Shown here: positions 55,405 to 64,000 of the stretch, piece after piece
Layout: the number at the start of each line of letters is the position of its first letter
Position numbering within the stretch: position 1 is the first letter of the stretch
Source: Candidatus Bathyarchaeum sp.
Lineage (GTDB): Archaea > Thermoproteota > Bathyarchaeia > Bathyarchaeales > Bathyarchaeaceae
Assembly: GCA_026014495.1 (NCBI GenBank)
Contig: JAOZIF010000137.1
Location: 5,611-69,610, forward strand
Direction of reading: 5' to 3'
Length of the DNA stretch: 64,000 bases
Translations under genes and position numbers: made by a program
Notes under the pieces: model-generated
Databases searched by the model: none
Seen by the model: the letters and a program-made list of their open reading frames with translations, nothing else
Told to the model about the DNA's origin: nothing

Positions 55405-58002
55405 TTATTTTCGTTTTCTGAGTATGTAGAAGCTGACTATACCTATTGTGCAGGCGACCGCAATTGCTGCTGTGATGGCGGTTTCTGTGGAGATGTCTGC
55501 TTTTTCGGTGGTTTCCATTGTGTTAAGCATTATCTGCTCTGAAGATAATGATGCAGATGGCGCTTCGCTGGTAAAAGATGCAGTCCTGGATTCTTCAAAG
55601 CAGTAGAGGCCCCAGTCAATGCATCCTACATACAGGTTGCCATTGTAAGGTGTTGGGGTTGACCATATATGGCCGTTAAATTCTCCATAGTAGGAGATTT
55701 TCTCTCCAGTTAACGCATCTAGGACGTAGAGGACCTGTGCTTCTGTGACGACATATATTCTCTGGTAGGCATAGGATAGGCCTGGGGAAAAAGTCTCCCG
55801 TGACAGGTACGTATACCATAACTCGGTTCCGTCAGTGGCGTTGCGGCAGCTTATACCATAATAGTCACAGAAGTATACTCTGCCGTATTTATAGAGAATA
55901 GCGTCTCGTTGTTGAGCACCACCTAGTTGTTCAGGAGTGCCAGGATTATGTAAACCGTCGTACATCCATATAGTTTCGCCTGTGGTTGCGTTTAATGCGT
56001 AATTAAAGCGGTGCGAGCCTCGCACGAAGACCATGCCTTCTGCCACTGTTGGTGATGCTAACATGTTGTTCCCGACACTATAAAAGTAAGGAATAGCGAC
56101 ATTCCAGATTTCGTTTCCGGTGTTAGCGTCAAGCTTATATAATGTGCCATTTGGTGACGGAGTGGTTGCGGATATGTAGATTGCATTGTCAACTATTGTT
56201 GGTGTGGCACTGATAGGTCCTCCTGTTTGGAATTGCCATAGGACATCACCGTTGGAGGCGTCAAAGCAATAGAGGTTGCCGTCAAGGCCGCCCACATATA
56301 CATTGCACCCAGCAACTATTGGAGAACTTCTTACAAGAGTACTATCGATTAGTATGTCTTCGGGGACGTCGGCTTGCCATATCTTGTTACCTGTGGCTGC
56401 GTCTAAACAGTAAACGTTTCCGTCATCAGCACCAGTATATAGCCTGCCGTTAACCACAGCGGGTGAGGATTTGACCTGATACGCTGTCTTGAAGGTCCAT
56501 AGTTCAGTGCCGGTTGCAGCGTCGATAGCATATATTTTTTTGTCTACACAACCGAAATAGCACACTCCATCTGCAAGGGTTGGCGAGGATACAATTCCAG
56601 CTGAACAATTGAACTTCCACTTAAGCGCTAGGTTTGTCGGACCTGACCCCTCAGTGGTGTGCTCTGGATCGCCAAATAACATAGACCAATCTTTAACTTC
56701 ACTGCCGATACACCAAACTTCTGTGCCGCGAAGTGTATATGTATACACTCCAACTTCTGTTGATGACACTGTAGGTACGATGTAGAGATTTCCGTAGGCA
56801 ATACATTGGTAGTTCATGTTACCACCGTTTTCTAGGGGCAACGTCCATATGAGCTCGCCTGTGTAAGCATCGTAACAGTTGTATTCAGAGTAGGCATATT
56901 CACCGGTTTGAAAGTCCCGATAAATGTTCTCACCCATACCGGAGTAGATTTTTCCGTCCGCAATTGCCACTGTCCCTGGATATCCAATACCAGGTCCTTT
57001 AGCTCGCCACACCAACTCGCCCGTAGTCCCATTTATAGCATATAAGTATGTGTCTTGGTTCTTCTCATAGACCATGCCATAAGCGTAAGCCGCTGATGAA
57101 GCCCACTGTCCATACCAAGTGCCTGGGTTGTATGTCCAAAGCAGCTCACCTGTATCAGCATCCCAAGCTCGCATGTTGCCATCGAGTCCGCCATGAAATA
57201 CCTTGCCATCGCCATAGGCCATTCCGTATACAAAAGTGGTTACAGTAGCTGGAGTTTCCCAGATGAGAGTTCCAGTTTTTGCATCATAGGCTCTCAAGTG
57301 AAGATCGGCGCATCCAACGAACAACTTTCCATCACCATAGACAGGATACGCAGTGCCACCATCATATTGCCCAGCATGGCTCCATGCCAGGGTTGGCGGT
57401 TGCGAAGGATCAGACATATCCCAACCAAAGTTAGCGTCCACTAACATTTTCAGCTCTGGAATATAACCTCCTCCCCACCACATAAGATAGGGTGCTGAGA
57501 ATCCTGGCGGACCAACCCATACGGTTGTTCCATCAGCTATGCGAACACAGGTGCTTCCTATCACCATGTAGTCATCGTCGATCTTGCATATGCCAGAACC
57601 AAATCCATAAGCTGGGGCCGAACCACCTACCCCATCGGCCCTCCATACGATGTCTCCCGTAGCTGCGTCGAGAGCAATAGTTGCATTCTCGACTTGGGCG
57701 AAGACCATGCCATCAAAGGCAACCAAAGGTCCAACAACAACACCAAGCTCATCTAGGGCTTTCCATTGGATGCTTGGCGAGCTTGGAGCTGGTCCATTAC
57801 TAAAATACGAACCGGTAGGTGAGGCACTAGGCGTCGGCCAATCGTATTGCAACAAGTTGCTTGGGATAGTTGTGATTTGAGTAGACTGTGCTTGAGCCGT
57901 CGAAATAAGTGGTGTTTGAAACGCGAATATTGAAACTCCCAGTAAAGCGATGATTAGCACTGCAAATGTGGATGAAAGAATTTTTTTATTTATTTTTATC
58001 AA
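55405..58002 (-). CDS. PQQ-like beta-propeller repeat surface protein with N-terminal signal anchor and C-terminal TM anchor
   Basis: More than 10 repeats of 'G(D/E/T).(I/L)W'. C-terminal 'AITAAIAVACTIGIVSFYILRKRK'. The TTG at 58002, preceded by GGAG 8 nt upstream, is preferred to the tracked GTG at 58116. Confidence 0.8.
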   Translation of the reverse strand: MIKINKKILSSTFAVLIIALLGVSIFAFQTPLISTAQAQSTQITTIPSNLLQYDWPTPSASPTGSYFSNGPAPSSPSIQWKALDELGVVVGPLVAFDGMVFAQVENATIALDAATGDIVWRADGVGGSAPAYGFGSGICKIDDDYMVIGSTCVRIADGTTVWVGPPGFSAPYLMWWGGGYIPELKMLVDANFGWDMSDPSQPPTLAWSHAGQYDGGTAYPVYGDGKLFVGCADLHLRAYDAKTGTLIWETPATVTTFVYGMAYGDGKVFHGGLDGNMRAWDADTGELLWTYNPGTWYGQWASSAAYAYGMVYEKNQDTYLYAINGTTGELVWRAKGPGIGYPGTVAIADGKIYSGMGENIYRDFQTGEYAYSEYNCYDAYTGELIWTLPLENGGNMNYQCIAYGNLYIVPTVSSTEVGVYTYTLRGTEVWCIGSEVKDWSMLFGDPEHTTEGSGPTNLALKWKFNCSAGIVSSPTLADGVCYFGCVDKKIYAIDAATGTELWTFKTAYQVKSSPAVVNGRLYTGADDGNVYCLDAATGNKIWQADVPEDILIDSTLVRSSPIVAGCNVYVGGLDGNLYCFDASNGDVLWQFQTGGPISATPTIVDNAIYISATTPSPNGTLYKLDANTGNEIWNVAIPYFYSVGNNMLASPTVAEGMVFVRGSHRFNYALNATTGETIWMYDGLHNPGTPEQLGGAQQRDAILYKYGRVYFCDYYGISCRNATDGTELWYTYLSRETFSPGLSYAYQRIYVVTEAQVLYVLDALTGEKISYYGEFNGHIWSTPTPYNGNLYVGCIDWGLYCFEESRTASFTSEAPSASLSSEQIMLNTMETTEKADISTETAITAAIAVACTIGIVSFYILRKRK

Positions 58003-58248
58003 TTTTTTTTCTCCTTTTTTTGTTTTGTAAGCAAGGTTAAGCCTCTTATGACTAACCGTACTTGAGACGTTTAATCCATCATTACTGAATTTAGGTGTTC
58101 GTGGAAAGTGAGGCACTTGCCACAGAATTTACAAACTGTTGCGAGAAAATTAGCTTTAGATGATTGTAGACGAAAAAAATTTTAAGTAAATTTAACAAAA
58201 TTAATAAGCACAATAAAGAAGTGACTGAGCATATTAAGGTGTATATGA

Positions 58249-59142
58249 ATGACCCAATTGAAAGAAACCTTAAGACAAAAACTCATTGAATTTGGCTTAT
58301 CATATAACCAAGCTAAAATCTACGTTTCGATAGCATGCTCAGGATGCTCAACCGTTAGGGAGATTTCCGAAACAACAAGGATTCATTCACAGGATGTTTA
58401 CAAGACGCTTCTTGCTTTGAAGAATAAGGGATTAGTAGTAAAAACAATAAACAAACCAATGCGAGTTGAGGCCATTCCTATAGAAACAGGTCTAAACCTA
58501 CTTCTAGATAGAAAAAAAGATAAGTTCCAGGTAATATGGCGCCATTTAGAAGAGACCATTGCAGATGCGAAACAAATCTTTGAACAAACAAAACAAGAAA
58601 AAATGAGCCTGACCAACGGCACTCGAAGTGCAAATGTCTTGGTTCTGGAAGATCTGAACAGTGAAATTGCCAGGAACAAAGTCCATGAGACGATGAGTAA
58701 TATGAAGATTCAATACGACTTGGTTATTCCTGTGCATGAGATTAGTCCGTCGAAAGTTGATAGGGAATACCAGAATTACCTAAGAAATGCTGCCTGTCGT
58801 GGAATAGAAATTCGTATTTTAATTATTATTCATAACGTCAAGGACAAAGCTTTGAATAAAAAATATATTGAAATCCAAAAGCAAAAAACACCCCTCAATA
58901 GTAATTGCCACTTAAGAGAGATCAAATTAGAAGAGGAGCTGTGCTTCTGCATTATCGATTCCAAGGAAGTCTGGATACCTCTAAATTCAGTGGTAGAGCA
59001 GCAACAAAGTAGGCTTGTGACTGACAGCAAAGCGCTAGTGGCGATAGCAAAGCGTGAATTTGAAAGCTTGTGGAATGACCCGAGGGCTCAAGTTATACCA
59101 TTATCTTCACAAATGAAAAGCTACCTATCTTCATCGGAATAG
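58249..59142 (+). CDS. TrmB-family transcriptional regulator
   Basis: N-terminal 'LIEFGLSYNQAKIYVSIACSGCSTVREISETTRIHSQDVYKTLLALKNKGLV' and a C-terminal effector-type domain. Confidence 0.75.
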   Translation: MTQLKETLRQKLIEFGLSYNQAKIYVSIACSGCSTVREISETTRIHSQDVYKTLLALKNKGLVVKTINKPMRVEAIPIETGLNLLLDRKKDKFQVIWRHLEETIADAKQIFEQTKQEKMSLTNGTRSANVLVLEDLNSEIARNKVHETMSNMKIQYDLVIPVHEISPSKVDREYQNYLRNAACRGIEIRILIIIHNVKDKALNKKYIEIQKQKTPLNSNCHLREIKLEEELCFCIIDSKEVWIPLNSVVEQQQSRLVTDSKALVAIAKREFESLWNDPRAQVIPLSSQMKSYLSSSE

Positions 59143-59652
59143 CTTTCGGATTAGCCAATAAATAAATTAACTCCTAATTAAATTTAGGTTCAAATATTGA
59201 CTGAGGCATCCGTCAAACAAATAATAAAGCGAAATATAAGATTAATTTTTATAAATAAAGCACTTCTGTCAATATTCTTTCCTATAACTTGCGTATTTCT
59301 GGTTTGGCGACTAGTGCAATGACGGGTTCGCCTCTTTTGCGGATTCTTGCAACGTTGATTAGTTTTAACAGCGACATATTTGTAAATTACCATAACGGGG
59401 TCCTTGCAGATCGGATAGGTTGTAAAAAAGCATACCACAACTGAACAGGTTGTTTTTTCTGTTTACGTTAAAAAAACAGTTCTATTAGACTATTCTTTGA
59501 AACTAAAAAAAGCGGAGTTTTGCTGGAGATATTTAATCAATTGATTAACTATTAACGTTTAAATGAAAAAGGGGAAGAAGATTTTCTTTCTCAAGACTTC
59601 GGAAGGGTAATACACATTTTGAATTCACAAATGATAAGAACTTTGAGAATTC

Positions 59653-60603
59653 ATGTTGTGGTGCAAGAGTAGGGTAACTGAGGAATCTCTTATGCAATCA
59701 ACTTCTGCCTTGAAGTTTACAACTCCTCTGAAAATAGTATATTCCTTAACGTTAGGTGGAGTAATGGCATTTTATTTGTATGTCTATCTTCTCTACTGTT
59801 TGGGAAATCTTGGAGGTAGTGGAGATACTGTCTTCTCAGTCTTTCTAAGGAATCTGAACGCTATATTCTTCTTTACTGCGCTCCCTTTGGCAATCTTTAC
59901 TTTGGTATTCTTAACCAAAGGTGGGGGATTAAACTATTTTAGAAGCTGGAACAAAGGAAAAATAATAGCGCTTTCAGCGGGGGGGATGATAATCGGCTAT
60001 GTTATAGTGGTATTCTTTCCAAATACAAGCATCGGACATATCCTTAATGTAAGTCATAACGATTATGGTATCACTTACTTTGGTTTAACATTAATCGCTT
60101 GGGGCTTTGCCTCGTTATTTTTTATTTATAAAAGAACAGCCGCATCGGATAAAAAAAGTAGTTCATTTGAGATAAAATGGAGAACAAGAAAGGCATTTCT
60201 TGTTTTTTCGGCAATATTGGTTGTTTCAGTATTAATTGGTGGTTATTGTTTGAAAATTCAAAGGGAATATGAAATTCTTCAAGATAACTATGAGCACCTC
60301 AAAGAGGGATTACCTTTTCTAGTCAATGCCAATTGGACAAGCAACGAGGATGGCAACTCCAAGTATATCAACTATAAAGGTGCAATATTCAATTCAGGTC
60401 TGAATACAAAACACAACATAACTATACTCGTAAGTGTTAGAGACGCTGATGGAAACTTATTGAGAATGGCTGAATTTCCAATTGGGGACATCAAAGGATG
60501 GCAATATGAAGCATTTGACGTAAATGTTGAATATTCAGGTGAAATGGCGAAGGTATCTGCCACTTATGATTGGGACCCTCCACCAAGTTTTTTTGAACAT
60601 TGA
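59653..60603 (+). CDS. Membrane protein (about 5-6 TM) with C-terminal extracytoplasmic domain, unknown function
   Basis: Hydrophobic helices to ~aa 205, then a soluble ~110-aa tail. Confidence 0.45.
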   Translation: MLWCKSRVTEESLMQSTSALKFTTPLKIVYSLTLGGVMAFYLYVYLLYCLGNLGGSGDTVFSVFLRNLNAIFFFTALPLAIFTLVFLTKGGGLNYFRSWNKGKIIALSAGGMIIGYVIVVFFPNTSIGHILNVSHNDYGITYFGLTLIAWGFASLFFIYKRTAASDKKSSSFEIKWRTRKAFLVFSAILVVSVLIGGYCLKIQREYEILQDNYEHLKEGLPFLVNANWTSNEDGNSKYINYKGAIFNSGLNTKHNITILVSVRDADGNLLRMAEFPIGDIKGWQYEAFDVNVEYSGEMAKVSATYDWDPPPSFFEH

Positions 60604-60654
60604 AAACAATTCAATTACGTCGTTTACACAATTCTCTAAAAATTTATCATAGTT

Positions 60655-60714
60655 TGGCTAATCAATAATTGGAGAAAGTAGAAATCGGAATTTAGGACTT
60701 CGGATTGTGGGAGA
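60655..60714 (+). repeat. Copy 1 of a ~60-nt direct repeat
   Basis: TTGGCTAATCAATAATTGGAGAAAGTAGAAATCGGAATTTAGGACTTCGGATTGTGGGAGA compared with copy 2. They share an exact 15-mer, GAGAAAGTAGAAATC, and roughly 80% identity by eye. Confidence 0.6.
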
Positions 60715-60861
60715 TGTGATGATGTCTACACCTTTAGTTAACAGCCATTTCCGTAGATGCACCTTAGTTTTTGGTTTTGGACTAAAATTTAATCCAACAA
60801 CAAATGTTAATAATCATTTTTGAAAACTAAGAAACAAATTACGAAATACCTTGGTGTTTTT

Positions 60862-61179
60862 ATGGCGAAGATAAATAGAATTAAAATAACAGTTCTGAAA
60901 CGGTTTAGTCCATCTGAAGTTTTCAAAACAAGTCCCGTAACACCTGTAGATGTAGAGGCGTTTGGTGCATGTGAAACGTTTAAGGAAGGCCAAGAATTTA
61001 TTGTTGAAAAACTGAAAATGCCCGAAGGTTTCTGCACTAAGGCGTGGATGTCTATTAGCGGTGATGTGCGAATTTTGAGTTTTGGCTGCGATTTTCCATG
61101 GTTTAAAGAAAAGGGCGTCACAATCAACTGTTGCATCGATGGACTTAGACCCGTGATATTCAAAATAGAACGCATCTAA
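60862..61179 (+). CDS. Small Cys-rich protein, TIGR04076-like
   Basis: 'IKITVLKR....GACETFKEGQEFIV......PEGFCTKAWMSI.....L.FGCDFPW.......INCCIDGLRPVIFKIER'. ATG at 60862 is preferred to the tracked TTG at 60820. Confidence 0.45.
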   Translation: MAKINRIKITVLKRFSPSEVFKTSPVTPVDVEAFGACETFKEGQEFIVEKLKMPEGFCTKAWMSISGDVRILSFGCDFPWFKEKGVTINCCIDGLRPVIFKIERI

Positions 61180-61200
61180 AATTGGTATTTATAAGCAAAA

Positions 61201-61262
61201 ATTAGCTTATCAATTATTAGAGAAAGTAGAAATCAGAAGTTAGATTTCGGATTGCGAGAGAG
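61201..61262 (+). repeat. Copy 2 of the ~60-nt direct repeat
   Basis: ATTAGCTTATCAATTATTAGAGAAAGTAGAAATCAGAAGTTAGATTTCGGATTGCGAGAGAGG. Confidence 0.6.
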
Positions 61263-61306
61263 GTCTCCATTTAACTGCGAAATACGTGAAATATAGTCAT
61301 TTTTGG

Positions 61307-62515
61307 CTATAACCAGTTTCTCGATTTCATAACTGTCTTTCCAGCGACTTTAAACGCCAAAGCATCTTCATAAGGACACATTTCAACACACCTGACGCAC
61401 AACATGCATCGTGACTCAGTTACATCTCCACCATTCTTTTCATACATTAACGTAGCTTGTGTTGGACAAACACGTTTGCATATTCCACATTTTGTGCATT
61501 TCTGTTCATTCTTGTGCAATTTAGTAAGGGCAATCTGCTTAAATGGTGTAAAAGAACTAAACAGTGCAGTTAAACCGCCAAGAGGACAGATTCGACACCA
61601 AAAACGTCTGTATGCAAAAGACAAAATTGTAACCACAATTAAAACAGTAAGGTTTATAGACGTTACATAAAAGCCAGTCATCCAAAGGGGTTCATAAGTT
61701 ATTTGTGAAACATATGAAAAATTCATGTACCCCAAAGCACATTCAATTAAAACACTAAGGGGCCTCATTGGACAAACTAAACAAAAAGGCTCATTGACAA
61801 CTCCAACTATTCCAGCTTCAGTTCCTAAAGGACCCCCAGGTATAGTTCCAGAGATAAGTTCTGTACCAAAAATAGCGTATGAACTAAAGATAAAACTCAG
61901 AATTAAAAACATCGCAATCAAAACAAACCTAAATTGACCAAGCGCTGTATTGGTCCTATCGGATAAACTTAGGTGCCTCACCTTAAAGAATTTGCGAATC
62001 CTACTGATTACATCCATGTACAAACCAAATGGACAAAGCCAACCACAGAAAAATCTGCCTAAAACTACGGACATAGCAATAACCAAACCAAAAACAATTG
62101 CCAACTTTTCCAGACCAGAAGTAGAATAGAAAACATCATAACCTCGGCCAGTTTCCCAAAACGGAAAAATGTAAGCTTGAATTTGCCAAACAGGACAAGT
62201 TACAGTTCTTCCATTAGGATAATAACAAGCTAAAACCGGAACGGAAAGGCCATCAGGAAATTGGTCGCCAAAAAATTCTGTTGCAACCAAGCGGTCTCGT
62301 GGTGATATACCCAACGGTAGCCACCTTGGTGTACCAAATGGACCTAAAATAAGTCCCATAAAAATTGCTCCTAATGCAGCTATCTGAATAAAAAACCGAA
62401 GATTACTTACTCTTTTAGTTTTATTTTTTGTAAATTTGAGGATAACAATAGTACATATCAACACAACTGTAACATATACCGCCAATATCCATGCAGTGGA
62501 ATTTTCCAAAGTCAT
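61307..62515 (-). CDS. NapH/MauN/NosR-like membrane polyferredoxin (4Fe-4S binding)
   Basis: 'CGWLCPFG', 'CRICPLG', and C-terminal 'CTKCGICKRVCP' / 'CMLCVRCVEMCP'. Confidence 0.75.
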   Translation of the reverse strand: MTLENSTAWILAVYVTVVLICTIVILKFTKNKTKRVSNLRFFIQIAALGAIFMGLILGPFGTPRWLPLGISPRDRLVATEFFGDQFPDGLSVPVLACYYPNGRTVTCPVWQIQAYIFPFWETGRGYDVFYSTSGLEKLAIVFGLVIAMSVVLGRFFCGWLCPFGLYMDVISRIRKFFKVRHLSLSDRTNTALGQFRFVLIAMFLILSFIFSSYAIFGTELISGTIPGGPLGTEAGIVGVVNEPFCLVCPMRPLSVLIECALGYMNFSYVSQITYEPLWMTGFYVTSINLTVLIVVTILSFAYRRFWCRICPLGGLTALFSSFTPFKQIALTKLHKNEQKCTKCGICKRVCPTQATLMYEKNGGDVTESRCMLCVRCVEMCPYEDALAFKVAGKTVMKSRNWL

Positions 62516-62565
62516 CCTATTTTACACCATATGAGTCTTCTCAAATCTGGAAACAGACCTTACTT

Positions 62566-63282
62566 TCAATAAGTAAATTCAACCTTTTTTTTCATAATAA
62601 CGGCTGCTGAGAGTACAACAATAGCTGACACAATTGTTATTACAATAACAACTGAGTGTTGGTTTAAAATTGAATTGTCACTTCCATTTATTGTGTTTAC
62701 AAAAGATTCAGGAAAACCATAATAGGACAAGGTAACATTTTCAGTAGCTCCCATTATGGTCAGGGTTCCTTCAGTAGAAAGGCTCCATTCTTCATTTTGT
62801 TTCATATATTCGTCATCAAAAATAACGCCCCAATCGCCACCTTTTGGGTCAAGACCAAAATCAAAGAATTGGGTGCCGCGTCCAATTACAGTATATCTAA
62901 GCCTTGCTCCCTTGGCTTGTTGTCCTGCAAAGGTACTATTGTAAATTCGGCAGTAAGTTATAGTCAATTTGCAGTCTTCAGCGGAGATTTTTATAGTATA
63001 CATTTCTGAATTTGGAGAGTCTTCAAAACGCAGATTGTCAAAGTTCCATACGTTGTTGTCTAAAATCGCTTTTTCATAAGTGCCATCAGTTGCAAAGCTA
63101 ATAGAGCTGTTGTTTAGAGGGATGTCAAAAGTGTCAAGTTTAGTGAATACTGTTTCTGACTTGGCATACACACCACCAATATAGCAAGAGAATGAAAACA
63201 GGGCAATAACTACAAACACACTAAACCATTCTAAAACCGTGGTTCTATCCCTATTCAAGGTACCCAGCAACCTATAATACAA
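62566..63282 (-). CDS. Surface protein with N-terminal anchor and C-terminal TM + basic tail, unknown function
   Basis: A hydrophobic segment at each end ('VVIVITIVSAIVVLSAAVIMKKK'), with sequons in the ectodomain. Confidence 0.45.
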   Translation of the reverse strand: MYYRLLGTLNRDRTTVLEWFSVFVVIALFSFSCYIGGVYAKSETVFTKLDTFDIPLNNSSISFATDGTYEKAILDNNVWNFDNLRFEDSPNSEMYTIKISAEDCKLTITYCRIYNSTFAGQQAKGARLRYTVIGRGTQFFDFGLDPKGGDWGVIFDDEYMKQNEEWSLSTEGTLTIMGATENVTLSYYGFPESFVNTINGSDNSILNQHSVVIVITIVSAIVVLSAAVIMKKKVEFTY

Positions 63283-63470
63283 ATGTCACCAAATAATTTG
63301 GCTAAAACTCTTTCGCATCATTATTCTCATGATTAAGTTACAACAAAAAAATTAGCAGAAACAAATAGCTTCATTCAATGTTGTATCTTTAGTCTTACCA
63401 GTGGAATCAACTAGGTTAAATATGCATATTTTTTGGGTTTGTGGTAACCGTTAGCCCCGAACACAATTTG

Positions 63471-63776
63471 TCAGTGGGTTTTCTGTTCCTCATTTACTTT
63501 GCATTGCATTTCGTCCCAAGTGAACAGGTCAAAGCAAATCAGGGTTTCCGTCTTGCGGATATACAGTGACCTCCTTAGTTCTATGATTCTGCTGTCGATG
63601 TCATGGATTTCTCCGTTCAATATGCAAATAAAATCGTAATGCCCATGAACAAAGTCTGTCCGTTCTATTTTTGAGTCTAAAATTAACCCTTTATTCATGA
63701 TTTCTTCACAGAACTCTTTTTCCTTGCCGGGGAAAAGTTCCACTAACACGTATGCACGAACTTTTTTAGAAACCAT
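63471..63776 (-). CDS. Stand-alone Lrp/AsnC ligand-binding (RAM) domain protein
   Basis: 'RAYVLVELFPGKEKEFCEEI......VHGHYDFICIL.GE......IIELRRSLYIRKTETLI' matches the AsnC_trans_reg pattern. Confidence 0.55.
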   Translation of the reverse strand: MVSKKVRAYVLVELFPGKEKEFCEEIMNKGLILDSKIERTDFVHGHYDFICILNGEIHDIDSRIIELRRSLYIRKTETLICFDLFTWDEMQCKVNEEQKTH

Positions 63777-64000
63777 AAATAATACTATGGCTGATTTGGC
63801 TTAAATTTTTTTCAGTCCCTCAAGATTTTTCTTGGGTTTTGGGACCTATTTAATCCGTAAAAAAGGTAGTGTGTGAGAAAATAACGAAATTACATTTTTT
63901 GTTTTCTTGATTGTTTATCTTAATTTCGGTTTCATAACTGCTTTCTAAGACATGTTACAGTAATATGCATTAAACATTGGAAGAATAGATGCTGGCGATA

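Noticed and set aside
55324-55542. The Cys-rich 72-aa plus-strand ORF.
   Set aside because: It lies antisense to the 3' end of the PQQ-propeller gene, and its composition is an artefact of the complementary strand.
59143-59652. The 510-bp gene-free region, including ORF 59190..59438 and a GC-richer hairpin GGCGA...TCGCC near 59310..59340.
   Set aside because: The ORF is Arg/Lys/Thr low-complexity. I could not fold a convincing ncRNA or find conserved boxes. It is left unannotated except for the short echo of the 60-nt repeat at 59143..59159.
60655-61262. The direct repeats as a CRISPR array.
   Set aside because: There are only two diverged ~60-nt copies, separated by a ~490-bp stretch that contains a protein-coding gene. 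There is no regular spacing and there are no cas genes.

Overview
This is an AT-rich archaeal chromosomal window with two tRNAs and no rRNA. Several signatures point to a TACK-type archaeon. They are a Cdv cell-division locus at 43.0-46.6 kb (ESCRT-III paralogue, CdvA, winged-helix CdvB, Vps4/CdvC), ribosomal protein eL38, a tRNA with a bulge-helix-bulge intron at a non-canonical position, RHH/TrmB/wHTH regulators, and GGAGG-type Shine-Dalgarno sites. Positions 0.2-24.7 kb and 28.7-38.9 kb are almost uninterrupted minus-strand envelope-glycan operons: six GT2, three GT4, three very large GT-C-like membrane proteins, two methyltransferases, an acetyltransferase and two Gfo/Idh/MocA oxidoreductases. 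The 28.7-38.9 kb operon converges on a 1023-aa sequon-rich secreted protein (25623..28694) that is a plausible S-layer/surface glycoprotein. The most unusual content is the 11.1-19.9 kb operon. A structurally atypical tRNA(GCA) sits 24 nt upstream of eight tightly packed genes. These encode a HisC-like aminotransferase, an Orn/DAP-type PLP decarboxylase, an ATP-grasp ligase, a FemAB-family transferase, an oxidoreductase, DUF362, a second Fem/CelD-type GNAT and an LmbE/PIG-L deacetylase. I read this as a candidate tRNA-dependent aminoacyl (possibly cysteinyl) decoration pathway for an amino sugar or glycan; this is hypothesis, not demonstrated. Other notable points are listed here. A shared ATATACCGT-type operator motif links an RHH regulator gene, the surface-protein promoter and the 38.9-kb glycosyltransferase operon promoter. 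The CdvB gene has a conserved N-terminus that lacks any ATG/GTG/TTG start (probable ATC start behind a paralogue-matched SD). A ~60-nt direct repeat flanks a small Cys-rich gene. There is also a tyrosine-recombinase remnant. The right part carries a bacterial-type uvrB-uvrA-uvrC block, a PQQ-like beta-propeller surface protein, a TrmB regulator and a NapH-like polyferredoxin. All protein family calls come from motif recognition by eye and need profile searches to confirm.
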